The notes below the pieces were generated by a model. It did no database searches and had not been told where the DNA came from. It saw nothing but the letters and a program-made list of their open reading frames with translations. This document shows, piece after piece, positions 28,988-38,711 of a stretch of DNA of 64,000 nt. Position numbers and translations under genes: made by a program. Where the stretch lies: contig JAKJER010000003.1 in assembly GCA_022705325.1 (NCBI GenBank), positions 181,419 to 245,418 on the forward strand. Reading direction: 5' to 3'. Positions within the stretch are counted from its first letter, which is position 1. The number at the start of each line of letters is the position of its first letter. The stretch is from Planctomycetota bacterium. GTDB lineage: Bacteria; Planctomycetota; Phycisphaerae; SM23-33.

Positions 28988-30109
28988 CTACCGCAACACC
29001 ATGGCTTGCAGGTCGCGGCTGAGGCGGCTGAGACGCCGAGGTCCCTGGCGGGCAACCAGCACGTCGTCCTCGATCCGCACCCCGCCGACGCCAGGCAGGT
29101 AAATCCCCGGCTCGACCGTCACGACCATCCCGCAACGCAGTCGGGTGTCGCTGGTCCTGGCCAGGGAGGGAGCCTCGTGAACTTGCCGTCCCAGCCCATG
29201 GCCCAGACCGTGTACGAATTGCTTTCCGTACCCGCCGTCCTCGACCACCTGCCGGGCGGCCGCGTCAACCTTCTTGCAGGAGGCGCCGACTGACAGAGCG
29301 GCGATGCCCGCCTGCTGAGCTCGAAGGACGATCTCGTACAATTCCGCGATTTTCGGCGGAATTGTACCGGTGAACACCACTCGCGTCAAGTCGCTGCAAT
29401 ATCCGTCAACCATCGCGCCCCAGTCGATCAGCACCGCCTCGCCCTTTCGCACCACCCGGTCCCGCGGACGATAGTGAGGCTTGGAGCCGTTAGGCCCGGC
29501 CGCGATGATCGACTCGAACGAGGGCTTGTCCGCCCCCAACATCCTCATGCGGTATTCCAGTTCGGCGGCAATCTGGCGCTCGGTGCGCCCGATCAAGGCC
29601 TTGGCCCCCCCACCGGTAAGCTCCACGAACGCCTGCTCGGCCACCCGCAGCGCCCGCTCGATCGCGCGAACCTCCTGCTGGTCCTTGATCACGCGGAGTT
29701 GGTCGACCAGGTCGTCGCTCGCGCGCACCTTGGCCGCCCCCAGCGTCTGGCCCAGCGCGCCGTGCAGTCCGACGGTGACGTTGCCCTTCTGGACGCCCAG
29801 CCGGCGAACGCCTCGGCCCTTGAGGCACTCCTTGACCGCCGCCGCCAGGCCCGCCGGACGAACGAACACTTCCAGGCCCGGACACTCCAGCCGGGCCTGC
29901 TCGTCATAGCGACCGTCGGTGATCAGGATGGCGCTCCACTCTTCGCCCACCAGCAGCCAACTGTCGTGGCCCGTGAAGCCGCTGAGATAGCCCACATCCT
30001 CAACGCGCGTAACGAGCATAGCCTGGACCTTGTGCTTGCGGGCCAGCCTGATCAACCCCCGCCGCCGTTCGGCCGTGCGGGCGGACTGCGATTGCTTTGC
30101 CTTTGCCAT
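28988..30109 (-). CDS. Xaa-Pro aminopeptidase (M24B family)
   Basis: Creatinase-like N-domain and pita-bread domain with metal ligands ([33 protein letters not shown]). Confidence 0.8.
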   Translation of the reverse strand: MAKAKQSQSARTAERRRGLIRLARKHKVQAMLVTRVEDVGYLSGFTGHDSWLLVGEEWSAILITDGRYDEQARLECPGLEVFVRPAGLAAAVKECLKGRGVRRLGVQKGNVTVGLHGALGQTLGAAKVRASDDLVDQLRVIKDQQEVRAIERALRVAEQAFVELTGGGAKALIGRTERQIAAELEYRMRMLGADKPSFESIIAAGPNGSKPHYRPRDRVVRKGEAVLIDWGAMVDGYCSDLTRVVFTGTIPPKIAELYEIVLRAQQAGIAALSVGASCKKVDAAARQVVEDGGYGKQFVHGLGHGLGRQVHEAPSLARTSDTRLRCGMVVTVEPGIYLPGVGGVRIEDDVLVARQGPRRLSRLSRDLQAMVLR

Positions 30110-30194
30110 GCAGACTCCCGATTGGATGCAAGTCGTTTATTAGAGGCTACGCAGAGCGGCAAGTCCACCTTTTCTTGAAGCTGAAATGGCCGAA

Positions 30195-31437
30195 CTAGAA
30201 CTTCTCCGCCTTCGCGGTAGTACGGACGAACCCGAATGGCAAACCACGGCCGCCGACGAAAGACCCGATTCCAGCCTCCAGGGCCTGGAACTCCTCGATG
30301 CATGCGCGTATCTGCCTGGCCCGGCGAAAGCTGGCCGCAACGTCATACCAGGTCACCGGATCGCAATTCTTGAATAGGAAGCCGGCCGCCAACGCGGCAA
30401 ACCAACCAAGAGCGACCAACGGCAGGAGCATGAGCTGCGCGATCCCCGTCAACAGGTAGCGCCTATGCAGTCGCGACGCCATCTCCGTCACACGCTGAAT
30501 GTTGAGCAGACGGTCAGTCGACTGGGGCGGGAGAAACTCGCCACTCGCTAGGTCCAGGCGAAAGCTGTGCAGACAAACCAAGTGGAGGTAGCGGGCGATA
30601 GGCCAGATCAACGGCAGCTTCGTTGAGAACCGAAAGGCACCACGGCGGGATTCAATCCGGACGCGCCCATGCCACGGCGGCATGTCTTGGAAAAACCCCG
30701 TGCCCAACAAGTCGATGTCGCCCCACGGGATGAACTGATGGGACAAGAGCCTCGTCCTGACGATGCCTTCCCGTGACAGGACGATCTTTTCGCTGCTAAT
30801 TCGCCAGCCTCGAAGCAATCCACCCATCCCGATAGCCGTAAGCAAGGCCGCCACCCACCAGTCCGCGTCCCCGCGCAGCCAGACCGCCGTGACAGCGCTG
30901 GCTCCCAGGAGCACGACGGCCGATACGGCAATCCAGGCCCCTGCGGGCAAGAAACTGCGCAGGTAGAGCGGGACATTGCGACGCCCCGATCCCGTGACCC
31001 CACGCCGCCACGCCCTGTGCAAGCGGCTGTAACAGTCTCCGTCCTCGGCACCTCCCGGGATTCGCAGATCAAGATACCTTCCGCCGATGTTCAAGTGGAC
31101 ATACCTACCCTCGCTCGGCCTCATGCGGCAGATGTCCGTCCAGGAGACACTCTCTCTCATCCACAGCAACCGCCCCTGCAAGCCTTCCTCGGTGGCTTCA
31201 AACAAGGCAAACGACCAGACCATGCCATCGCGCAGGGTCTTCATGCATATCAGGCCCACCGGGAGCATGAGGAGCATTGCCTCAGGCTTCGGTTGCCCAA
31301 CTTTCGTTGCGGTAGCGCCGACCCACAACACCGCGCCCAGGAAGAACAAGGCGCCTCCCGCAATTCCCATGGAAAAAAGGTGCGAGAAGAAATTGGCCGC
31401 TCGCAACTTTACAGTCTGATCGGCGGAATCACACATT
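30195..31437 (-). CDS. Membrane protein with YdbT/bPH_2-like (bacterial PH) domains (hypothetical). The probable start is the ATG near 31437 (MCDSADQTVKLRAANFF). The track N-terminus to 31805 overlaps the purH 3' region and is an artefact.
   Basis: Alternating TM hairpins and about 100-aa soluble domains, resembling the YdbT architecture. This is a moderate-confidence call. Confidence 0.5.
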
Positions 31438-31593
31438 GCACACCCACTCTCAACCGTAAACGTGCGCAAAGCCACCCTGCAGCAAGGGGCACCGCGAATT
31501 AGCACTGGCGCCAATTCGCCAGGCTCAGCCTTCCCGCCAGGTGTTACAGCCCTGCTGCGAAGAAGTCGCCCGCTGGAGCGGACCGCCGAATGT

Positions 31594-33219
31594 TCAATGG
31601 TTGAAGTGCCTGGTCCCGGTGAAGACCATGGCCAGGCCAAGCTCGTCGGCGCGAGCGATGACGTCGGCGTCCTTCTTGGCCCCGCCGGGCTCGATAACAG
31701 CGGTCGCACCGGCCTCGACGGCCCAGTCCAGGCTGTCGGGGAACGGGAAGAAGGCGTCGCTGGCCAGGGCGCAACCCTTGGTGTCCAGCGCGCCGCCCCC
31801 GGCATACTGCTGGGCGAGCATGTTGGCCAGGCGGGCCGAGTTGACGCGGCTCATCTGCCCCGCGCCGGCGCCCAGCAGCGTCTTGTCCTTGGCCAGGACG
31901 ATCGCGTTGGACTTCACGTGTTTGGCCACCAGCCAGGCGAAGCGCAGGTCGTCCATCTCGCCGGCCGAGGGCTGGCGCTTCGAGACGACCTTCCAGTTCG
32001 ACTCGTTGAGGGCCAGGAGATCGCGGTCCTGCACCAGCAGACCGCCGACGACGTACTTGAGGAACTTCTCGTGGTTGCGCCGCGCGCTGAACGGGCCGGT
32101 CTCCAGCAGGCGGACCTCGCCGCCCCAGCCCTCGCGGGCGCGGATGATCTCCAGGCTGCCCGGCTCGAACGACGGGGCGATGATGATCTCCGCGAAGAAC
32201 CCGCCCGCGCCGGCCTGCTTGCCCCAACGCTTGTAGCTCTCCACGATCGCCTGCGCCAGCTCCGGGGTGACCGGGCGGTTGACCGCGACGATGCCGCCCA
32301 TGGCCGCGTTCACGTCGGCCAGGTACGCTTTGCGATACGCCTCGACCAGGTCCTGATCGATCGCGCAGCCGGCGGGATTGGCGTGCTTGATGATGGCGAT
32401 GGCGGGATCGGTGAAGTCCTTCACCAGTTCCAGCGCGCCGTTGGCATCGAAGTAGTTGTTGTAGGAGATCTCCTTGCCGCCCAGCAGCCTGGCCCGGCCC
32501 ACACAGGCCTCGCCGCCGTCAGGCGCGACGTAGAAGGCCCCTTTCTGGTGCGGGTTCTCGCCGTAGCGAAGGTCGCCCACTTTGCGATAGCTGAAACTGA
32601 TCCGCTCGGGGAACTCCTCGCCAAGCTGGCACGCGAGGTAGGCGGAGATGGCCGAGTCATACCCGCAGGTGGTGGCGAAGGCCTGGCGGGCCAGCTTCTG
32701 GCGCAGCCGCCCGTTGATCTGCCCGTCGTTGGCCCGCATCTGATCCAGGACGATGTTGTACTGGCTCTTGTCGGTCACGACGGTGACGAACTTGTGGTTC
32801 TTGGCCGCGGCCCGGACCATGGTGGGCCCGCCAATGTCGATCATCTCGACCGCGTCGGCGAGTGTGCAGCCTTCCTTGGCGATGGCCTGCTCAAAGGGAT
32901 AGAGCCCCACGCAGACCAGGTCGATCAGTTCGAGATTGTGCTTGGCGATGTCGGCCTGGTGGGCGGGATCGTCCCGCAAGGCCAGGATCGCCCCGTGCAC
33001 CTTGGGGTGCAGCGTGACGACTCGGTGGCCGAGCATCTCGGGGAACCCGGTCCATTCCTGGACATACCGCACCTTCAGGCCGGCCTTTTCCAGGGCCTTG
33101 GCCGTGCCGCCGGAGGAGATGATCTCCACGCCCATGTCCGCCAAGGCGCGGGCGAACTCCTCGATGCCCGTCTTGTCGAAAACGCTGATCAGTGCCCGAC
33201 GAATCTTCACGCCGTCCAT
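31594..33219 (-). CDS. purH: Bifunctional AICAR transformylase / IMP cyclohydrolase
   Basis: MDGVKIRRALISVFDKTGIEEFARAL...SSGGTAK (MGS-like IMPCH domain) followed by the AICARFT domain. 541 aa. Confidence 0.9.
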   Translation of the reverse strand: MDGVKIRRALISVFDKTGIEEFARALADMGVEIISSGGTAKALEKAGLKVRYVQEWTGFPEMLGHRVVTLHPKVHGAILALRDDPAHQADIAKHNLELIDLVCVGLYPFEQAIAKEGCTLADAVEMIDIGGPTMVRAAAKNHKFVTVVTDKSQYNIVLDQMRANDGQINGRLRQKLARQAFATTCGYDSAISAYLACQLGEEFPERISFSYRKVGDLRYGENPHQKGAFYVAPDGGEACVGRARLLGGKEISYNNYFDANGALELVKDFTDPAIAIIKHANPAGCAIDQDLVEAYRKAYLADVNAAMGGIVAVNRPVTPELAQAIVESYKRWGKQAGAGGFFAEIIIAPSFEPGSLEIIRAREGWGGEVRLLETGPFSARRNHEKFLKYVVGGLLVQDRDLLALNESNWKVVSKRQPSAGEMDDLRFAWLVAKHVKSNAIVLAKDKTLLGAGAGQMSRVNSARLANMLAQQYAGGGALDTKGCALASDAFFPFPDSLDWAVEAGATAVIEPGGAKKDADVIARADELGLAMVFTGTRHFNH

Positions 33220-33389
33220 GGTAAAGCTCCTTTAGCCAGGAAACGTGCGCCCCGCCACCGCTCCACCAGGCCCAAAGGCCCTGGCGGCTCCTGCGCGACA
33301 GGTCGCGTTAGCTTTTCCCGCCTCGATTGGGCGGGCGACAGCGGCGCGGGCCAGACCGGACCTCGCGCCAGACCGTTAGATTGGCACGA

Positions 33390-34709
33390 TCAGCTCACGT
33401 CGAGCCCACCGGCATCGGCGGCCGGCTTCTTCGGCGCCGCCTTGGGCGCCGGCTTCGCAGCGGGCTTGCTTGTGGGCGCCTCGGGCTGAATGAGCTGAGG
33501 AGCGTTGGGATAGACCTCTTCGATCTTGATCGCCGCCGCATCCGACGGACGGATCGAGAACAACCTGCCGCACCGCGTCGCCACGTACATCGTCGGGGCC
33601 GTCGTGTTGGGCAGGAAGAGGTCCAGACCCTGCATGGGCGTCGAACTGAGCGCGGTGCCCTGGATTTCGTCCTTGATGTACAGCGTGTGGTCCTTATCGA
33701 GCAGGAAGGCCTTGCCGCCCATCGTGGCCAGAACGAACAGCCCGCCGGGCTGCTTCCACCGCTGCTGTCCGTTGACCAGGTTCAGGGCGTACAGGCCGTC
33801 GCCCCGAACGCACTGGAAGACCGTCGCCTGCCCCACTTGCGGACTGTCGTACAGGTGACGGCGGAAGTAGACGGGGTCCCACAGCGGACGGCCCGTGACG
33901 GCGTCCAGGGCGTACAGGCGCCCGTTGTTGGCGGCGACGAAGCAGCCCCGCTCGTCCACGTGGAAGGGACGGGTGAAGTCGCCCTCGAGCTTGGCCGACC
34001 AGGCGTCCTGGCGCGTTCGCCCCACCCGAGCGACGCGGACGTTGCCCCTCCGGCTGACCGAGTAGACGCTGTGGTTGTACACCTGGACCGGGGCGCTGAT
34101 CATGTCGTCGGCGGGGAACGTCCAGCTCTGCACCTCTTCGGCCAGGCTGACGGCGAAGGTCAGGCCCTTGGTGTCGGGAGCGAAGTAGTAGCCGCCCTCA
34201 AACGCGCCGCCGGAGGCCGCGGCGTAGGGCAGCTCGGCCCGCCGGACCTGCCGCCCGGTAGCCCGGTCCAACACGATCACGTGCGTCAACGAATTGAACA
34301 TGACCGCGTTAAACGGCTTGAGCACGGGCAGCTTCTGGCCGACCATGTCGATGATGCTGGTGGGCTTGTCCGACATCATCACCTTGTCCGCGTGAATCGG
34401 ACGGAAAACGGGATTGTCGCGGGGATCGATCTGGTAGGACCACCGCATGGCCAGCGAGCGGGCGTCACAGGCGATCAGGCGGTGATGGTCGGTCAGCAGA
34501 TACAGGTGTTCGTCCAGCCGGTGCATGGAGAGGATGTCCTCCCCGTCGTCCAGCTTGACCTTGAAGTGCGCGTAATAGTGCAGCCCGGAGCGAGCCAGCA
34601 CTTCCGGCTGGGGCACCCCGGCAAACTCGCCGCCCTGCTGCGGGCGACCGCAGCCGCCCAGCAACGCACCCAACGCCAACACCACCAACCAGCGTACCCA
34701 AACGTGCAT
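33390..34709 (-). CDS. Lipoprotein with PQQ-like beta-propeller repeats (BamB-like)
   Basis: Signal peptide plus lipobox LLGGC, and repeated ...GRLYALDAVTGRPLW-type blades. The C-terminus is Ala/Pro/Lys-rich. Confidence 0.6.
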   Translation of the reverse strand: MHVWVRWLVVLALGALLGGCGRPQQGGEFAGVPQPEVLARSGLHYYAHFKVKLDDGEDILSMHRLDEHLYLLTDHHRLIACDARSLAMRWSYQIDPRDNPVFRPIHADKVMMSDKPTSIIDMVGQKLPVLKPFNAVMFNSLTHVIVLDRATGRQVRRAELPYAAASGGAFEGGYYFAPDTKGLTFAVSLAEEVQSWTFPADDMISAPVQVYNHSVYSVSRRGNVRVARVGRTRQDAWSAKLEGDFTRPFHVDERGCFVAANNGRLYALDAVTGRPLWDPVYFRRHLYDSPQVGQATVFQCVRGDGLYALNLVNGQQRWKQPGGLFVLATMGGKAFLLDKDHTLYIKDEIQGTALSSTPMQGLDLFLPNTTAPTMYVATRCGRLFSIRPSDAAAIKIEEVYPNAPQLIQPEAPTSKPAAKPAPKAAPKKPAADAGGLDVS

Positions 34710-34755
34710 GGCAGACTCCTAAACGGCAAGTCAAGACGGCGGCCTGAAGCCGGAG

Positions 34756-35031
34756 CTAAGGCTCCAGCGTCACGTATTCGCTCAGATCGACGCGGTGGTC
34801 CCGCTCGAACTCCCGCAGGCGTTCGATCCGCACCAGATCGTCGTTGATGCGGTTGGCCAGTTTGAAGATGAAAGGCCGGCCTTCCAGCCGGGCTCGCAGG
34901 TCCGCGACCATCTCGTCCCAACTCCCCTCGTACAACTCGTGCTTGAGGACCACCAGCATGCGTTCCTCGCCGCTGAGGCCTTGCACAAACTGCCGTACGA
35001 TCTCGTCAGTCCGGGTCGAGGGGGTCGACAC
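34756..35031 (-). CDS. Small hypothetical protein, about 91 aa, probable GTG start
   Basis: Protein-like frame (EERMLVVLKHELYEGSWDEMVADLRARLEG...). No family recognised, and the start is uncertain. Confidence 0.35.
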   Translation of the reverse strand: MSTPSTRTDEIVRQFVQGLSGEERMLVVLKHELYEGSWDEMVADLRARLEGRPFIFKLANRINDDLVRIERLREFERDHRVDLSEYVTLEP

Positions 35032-35293
35032 TCCGGCACCTCGTCCTGCAGGGTCCGATCACCTTCGCCGTCCGCGACTGCTGCGTACGGCGTCCGCGCC
35101 AGGTTCGTACTCTAAGGCCCGAATTTTGATTTTGCAATACTATTTCCCTGTCGTGCCTTGCGGCGAGCCATCACCGCGAGCGGCGACAAATGGACTCCCG
35201 TTTGGCCGTTTGGATGCCCGGCGCCGGGGGCGGGATTTCTTCTTGCCCCCGAAAGTGCACCGGGCGACAATGCCGCCAACTGCGAGGTGAATC

Positions 35294-36175
35294 ATGATCC
35301 GATCGATCGTTGCCGCTGCGACCGTAACGCTGAGTCTGGCTGGCGGGCTGTGGGCTCAGGACGCCCCCACGGTCATGCCCCTGTGGGCTGACGGGGCCCC
35401 CGGAGCGACAGGCGACAAGGACGCGGACAAGCCCACGCTGACCCTCTGGCCCGCCCCGGCCGACAAGGCCACCGGCGCCGCCGTCGTCATCTGTCCCGGC
35501 GGCGGGTACGGCCATCTTGCCGTCGGCCACGAGGGCAAGGACGTCGCCGCATGGCTCAACAGCTTCGGCGTTTCGGGATACATGCTCAAATACCGCATCG
35601 CCCCCTACAAGCACCCCATCCCGCTGGGCGACGCGCAACGGGCTGTCCGCATCGTGCGGGCCAATGCTGAGAAGTGGAAGATCGATCCCGCCCGCATCGG
35701 CATCCTGGGCTTCTCCGCGGGCGGGCACCTGGCCTCGTCGGCGGCCACCCACTTCGACGCCGGCCAGGCCGACGCCGCCGACCCCATCGACCGCGCATCG
35801 TGCCGCCCGGACTTCGCCGTGTTCGTCTACCCGGTCATCACCATGGGCAGCTTCACCCACGGCGGGTCAAGGAACAACCTGCTGGGCAAGAACCCCGACC
35901 AGGCCCTGGTGGACCTGATGAGCAACGAGAAGCAGGTCACCGCCCAGACGCCGCCGACCTTCCTGGCCCACACGGGCGACGACCGGGCCGTTCCCGTCGA
36001 GAACAGCCTGGCGTTCTGGGCCGCCTGCCGCGCCGCCAAGGTGCCGGTCGAGTTGCACGTCTTCGAGTCCGGCCCGCACGGCTTCGGCCTGGGCAAGGCC
36101 GACAAGCCCTACGCCGCCTGGCCCAAGCTGTGCGAAGAGTGGATGCGCGGCCGCAAGCTGTTGGAGAAGAAATGA
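35294..36175 (+). CDS. Secreted alpha/beta-hydrolase esterase (acetyl-xylan-esterase/BD-FAE-like)
   Basis: Signal peptide MIRSIVAAATVTLSLAGGLWAQDA. ICPGGGY, GFSAGGHL nucleophile elbow, and HTGDDRAVP acid/His region. Confidence 0.75.
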   Translation: MIRSIVAAATVTLSLAGGLWAQDAPTVMPLWADGAPGATGDKDADKPTLTLWPAPADKATGAAVVICPGGGYGHLAVGHEGKDVAAWLNSFGVSGYMLKYRIAPYKHPIPLGDAQRAVRIVRANAEKWKIDPARIGILGFSAGGHLASSAATHFDAGQADAADPIDRASCRPDFAVFVYPVITMGSFTHGGSRNNLLGKNPDQALVDLMSNEKQVTAQTPPTFLAHTGDDRAVPVENSLAFWAACRAAKVPVELHVFESGPHGFGLGKADKPYAAWPKLCEEWMRGRKLLEKK

Positions 36176-36918
36176 CCGAGCCAATCGGCCGGCAGTTCAT
36201 GCGTCTGACCCGGTACGCGGAGATGGGGCCCGGCGACGAAGCGTTGGGCAAGCCCCAGCCTCCTTTGGAGACCGCCCCGGCTGCGGGGGCGACCATCATC
36301 AAGCTGACCCCTCCGACCGCCCTTGGCATTCCGCCCGTCGAACTGCGCGATGCGATCGAGCAGCGGCGCAGCCTTCGCGACTTCCGCGATCAACCATTGG
36401 AGGAGGTGGAGCTGTCGTGGCTGCTGTGGGCTTGCCAGGGCGTGAGGATGGTCTCGTCCTTGGCCACCTTCCGCAACGTGCCGTCGGCCGGGGCCAGGCA
36501 CGCCCTGGACACGTACCTGCTGGTCAACCGCGTTGAGGGCGTGACAGCCGGGCTCTATCGCTTCATCGCCGCGCGGCACGAGCTGGAACTGATCCGTCCG
36601 GACGAGGGCGGGGCGCACTCGCTCAAGGCCCGGTTCGCCCATGCCTGCCTCGGTCAGCACTTCATCGCGTCGGCTGGGGTCGTGCTGATCTGGGCTGCCG
36701 ACGTCTACCGCATGGCCTGGCGCTACGGGCAACGCGGTTACCGCTACCTGCACCTGGACGCCGGGCACATCTGTCAGAACGCCGCCCTGGCAGCCGAGGC
36801 AATCGGTTGCGGGCTGTGCCCCGTGGCCGCCTTTGACGATGATCTGCTCAACGCCGCCCTGGGACTGGATGGCTGCGACCATCTGGCCTTGTACCTGGCG
36901 GCAGTGGGAAAGCGATAA
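36172..36918 (+). CDS. SagB-type dehydrogenase domain protein (nitroreductase superfamily, TIGR03605-like)
   Basis: Its start overlaps the stop of the upstream esterase (ATGA). RRSLRDF...WACQG...ARHALDTYLLVNRVEGVTAGLYRF is typical of the SagB/ThcOx-like FMN nitroreductase fold. The 414-aa track ORF N-terminus is an alternate-frame artefact. Confidence 0.65.
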   Translation: MTEPIGRQFMRLTRYAEMGPGDEALGKPQPPLETAPAAGATIIKLTPPTALGIPPVELRDAIEQRRSLRDFRDQPLEEVELSWLLWACQGVRMVSSLATFRNVPSAGARHALDTYLLVNRVEGVTAGLYRFIAARHELELIRPDEGGAHSLKARFAHACLGQHFIASAGVVLIWAADVYRMAWRYGQRGYRYLHLDAGHICQNAALAAEAIGCGLCPVAAFDDDLLNAALGLDGCDHLALYLAAVGKR

Positions 36919-36981
36919 CAGCACCCGCACACCCTCCTGGTAATGGACATTCTGCAGCCAAGCGTCTACAATCCGCGTGGG

Positions 36982-38631
36982 ATGAATGTCAGTCGTATCT
37001 TATTGAAACCTGTGGCCTTTGCGGCCGGCCTGCACGCTTCCCGCCAAACGCGGGCGTTTCTCGACGCGCACAGGCGGACCGAACAAGTCCAGGCGGACCT
37101 GCTGGGCCGGCTGGTCGCTGCCCACGCCGACACCGATTTCGGGCGCACGCACGGGTTCGCTTCCATCCGGGGATACGAGGACTTCGTCCGGGCCGTTCCA
37201 ATCGCCTCGTACGAGACCTTCCGCCCGTACGTGGAACGGGTACTGGCCGGCGAGACGACCGCCCTGCTGCCTGCCGGCGTGCCCGTGCTCATGTTCAGCC
37301 AGACGTCCGGCACGACCGCTCAGCCCAAGCACATCCCCGTCACCGCCGCCTTCCTGGCGTCTATCCGAATGGGCTGGAACGTCTTCGGGCTCTTGGCGCT
37401 CCAGGACCACCCGGAAGCATGGCTGCGCCCCATCCTCCAGATTTCGTCGAGCATGCACGAGGCCACCAGTCCCACGGGCCTGCCCTGCGGGGCGATCAGC
37501 GGCCTGCTGGCGGCCACCCAGAAGAAGATCGTCCGCCGCATGTACTGCGTTCCGCAGGCGGTGGCGTCGATCGCCGATCCGGCCGCCAAGTATTACGCCA
37601 CCGTTCGCTGCGGTGTGATGCATGACGTATCGTTTATCACGACGGCCAACCCGTCCAGCACAATCAAGATGATCGAGACCGGCCAAGCCCACGCCGAACG
37701 GCTGATCCGAGACGTGGCCGACGGGACGATCACGGCTCCGGGCGAGCTGGGCAGCGAGGCCGAGGCCGTCTTGCGTTTTCGCCCCGCGCCGGGGCTGGCT
37801 CGTCGCCTCCAGGCGGGCCTGGACCGTGACGGTCAGCTCCTGCCCCGTCACTTCTGGAACCTCGCGTTCGCGGCCAACTGGACCGGCGGAACGCTGCGCC
37901 TGTACCTGCGCCGTCTGCGGGAGTTGCTGGACGACCCGCCCATTCGCGACATTGGACTGTTGGCCAGCGAGGGACGTTTCTCCATCCCCCTGGTCGACAA
38001 CACGCCGGCCGGCGTGGCCGAGATCCTGGGCAACTTCCTGGAGTTCATTCCCGCCGAGCATCGCGACGAGGACGACCCGCCTGCCCTCCGGGCTCACGAG
38101 GTGGAGGTCGGACGGGAGTACTTCCTGGTCTTCAGCAACTGGACGGGCCTGTTCCGCTACAATCTGGACGACCGCGTCCGCGTGGTGGAACGGCTCGGCG
38201 ACAGTCCCGTATTCGAGTTCCTTTGCCGGGGCCAGCACACCGCCAGCATCACCGGCGAGAAGATCACCGAGCACCAGGTGGTCGAAGCCATGCACAGGGC
38301 CTGTCTCCGCGCCGCCGCCCGCGTCGACCGTTTTGTCTTGCAGGGCTGTTTCGCCGCCCAGCCCTACTATCAACTCCGCATGGAGATCGACGGTCGGGCC
38401 CACGCCCTGTGCAGCTCGCTGGACGAGGAACTGGCCGCCCTGAACCTGGAGTACGCGTCCAAGCGCAAGAGCGGGCGGCTGGGTCCCATTCAGCCCGTCC
38501 ACCTGCCGGCAGGCAGCCTGGAACTACAGGAACGTCGGCAGATCCAATGCCGTCACGGCCGCGGCGAACAGTACAAGCACCAGTATCTGATGACCGACGT
38601 GCTGGACGAGCAAGGCTCCGCCCCGGACTGA
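36982..38631 (+). CDS. GH3-family (auxin-responsive GH3-like) acyl-acid amido synthetase, ANL adenylate-forming superfamily. An alternative start is at 36943.
   Basis: FSQTSGTTAQPKHIP (ANL P-loop-like SSGT motif as in plant GH3/JAR1), MYCVPQAV, and NWTGLFRYNLDDRVRVVE C-terminal domain. About 550 aa. Confidence 0.7.
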   Translation: MNVSRILLKPVAFAAGLHASRQTRAFLDAHRRTEQVQADLLGRLVAAHADTDFGRTHGFASIRGYEDFVRAVPIASYETFRPYVERVLAGETTALLPAGVPVLMFSQTSGTTAQPKHIPVTAAFLASIRMGWNVFGLLALQDHPEAWLRPILQISSSMHEATSPTGLPCGAISGLLAATQKKIVRRMYCVPQAVASIADPAAKYYATVRCGVMHDVSFITTANPSSTIKMIETGQAHAERLIRDVADGTITAPGELGSEAEAVLRFRPAPGLARRLQAGLDRDGQLLPRHFWNLAFAANWTGGTLRLYLRRLRELLDDPPIRDIGLLASEGRFSIPLVDNTPAGVAEILGNFLEFIPAEHRDEDDPPALRAHEVEVGREYFLVFSNWTGLFRYNLDDRVRVVERLGDSPVFEFLCRGQHTASITGEKITEHQVVEAMHRACLRAAARVDRFVLQGCFAAQPYYQLRMEIDGRAHALCSSLDEELAALNLEYASKRKSGRLGPIQPVHLPAGSLELQERRQIQCRHGRGEQYKHQYLMTDVLDEQGSAPD

Positions 38632-38637
38632 AGACAA

Positions 38638-38675
38638 GACCCCCCGACGAACGGTCCTGCCATTCGCCGGGGGTC
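38638..38675. terminator. Hairpin (about 13-bp stem gaccccccgacgaa / ttcgccgggggtc) between convergent genes. Candidate bidirectional terminator.
   Basis: Imperfect inverted repeat seen directly, 7 nt after the GH3 stop and upstream of the EF-hand gene stop at 38712. Confidence 0.35.
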
Positions 38676-38711
38676 TGTACGTGGTGCGGTATGCTCTTTG
38701 GGTTCCGCCCG

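Noticed and set aside
27019-29055. 678-aa minus ORF
   Set aside because: The real accC starts at the ATG at 28365 ([12 protein letters not shown]). The upstream 230 codons run in a different frame over accB and the pepP 3' end.
31462-33489. 675-aa plus ORF, together with 33327-34847(+) and 25463-27223(+)
   Set aside because: They are antisense to purH, to the PQQ lipoprotein and to the PFK gene respectively. All have Gly/Arg/Ala/Val-rich compositional artefacts.
35674-36918. 414-aa plus ORF
   Set aside because: The N-terminal 165 codons are an alternate frame of the esterase gene. The SagB-type gene starts at the ATG at 36172, overlapping the esterase stop.
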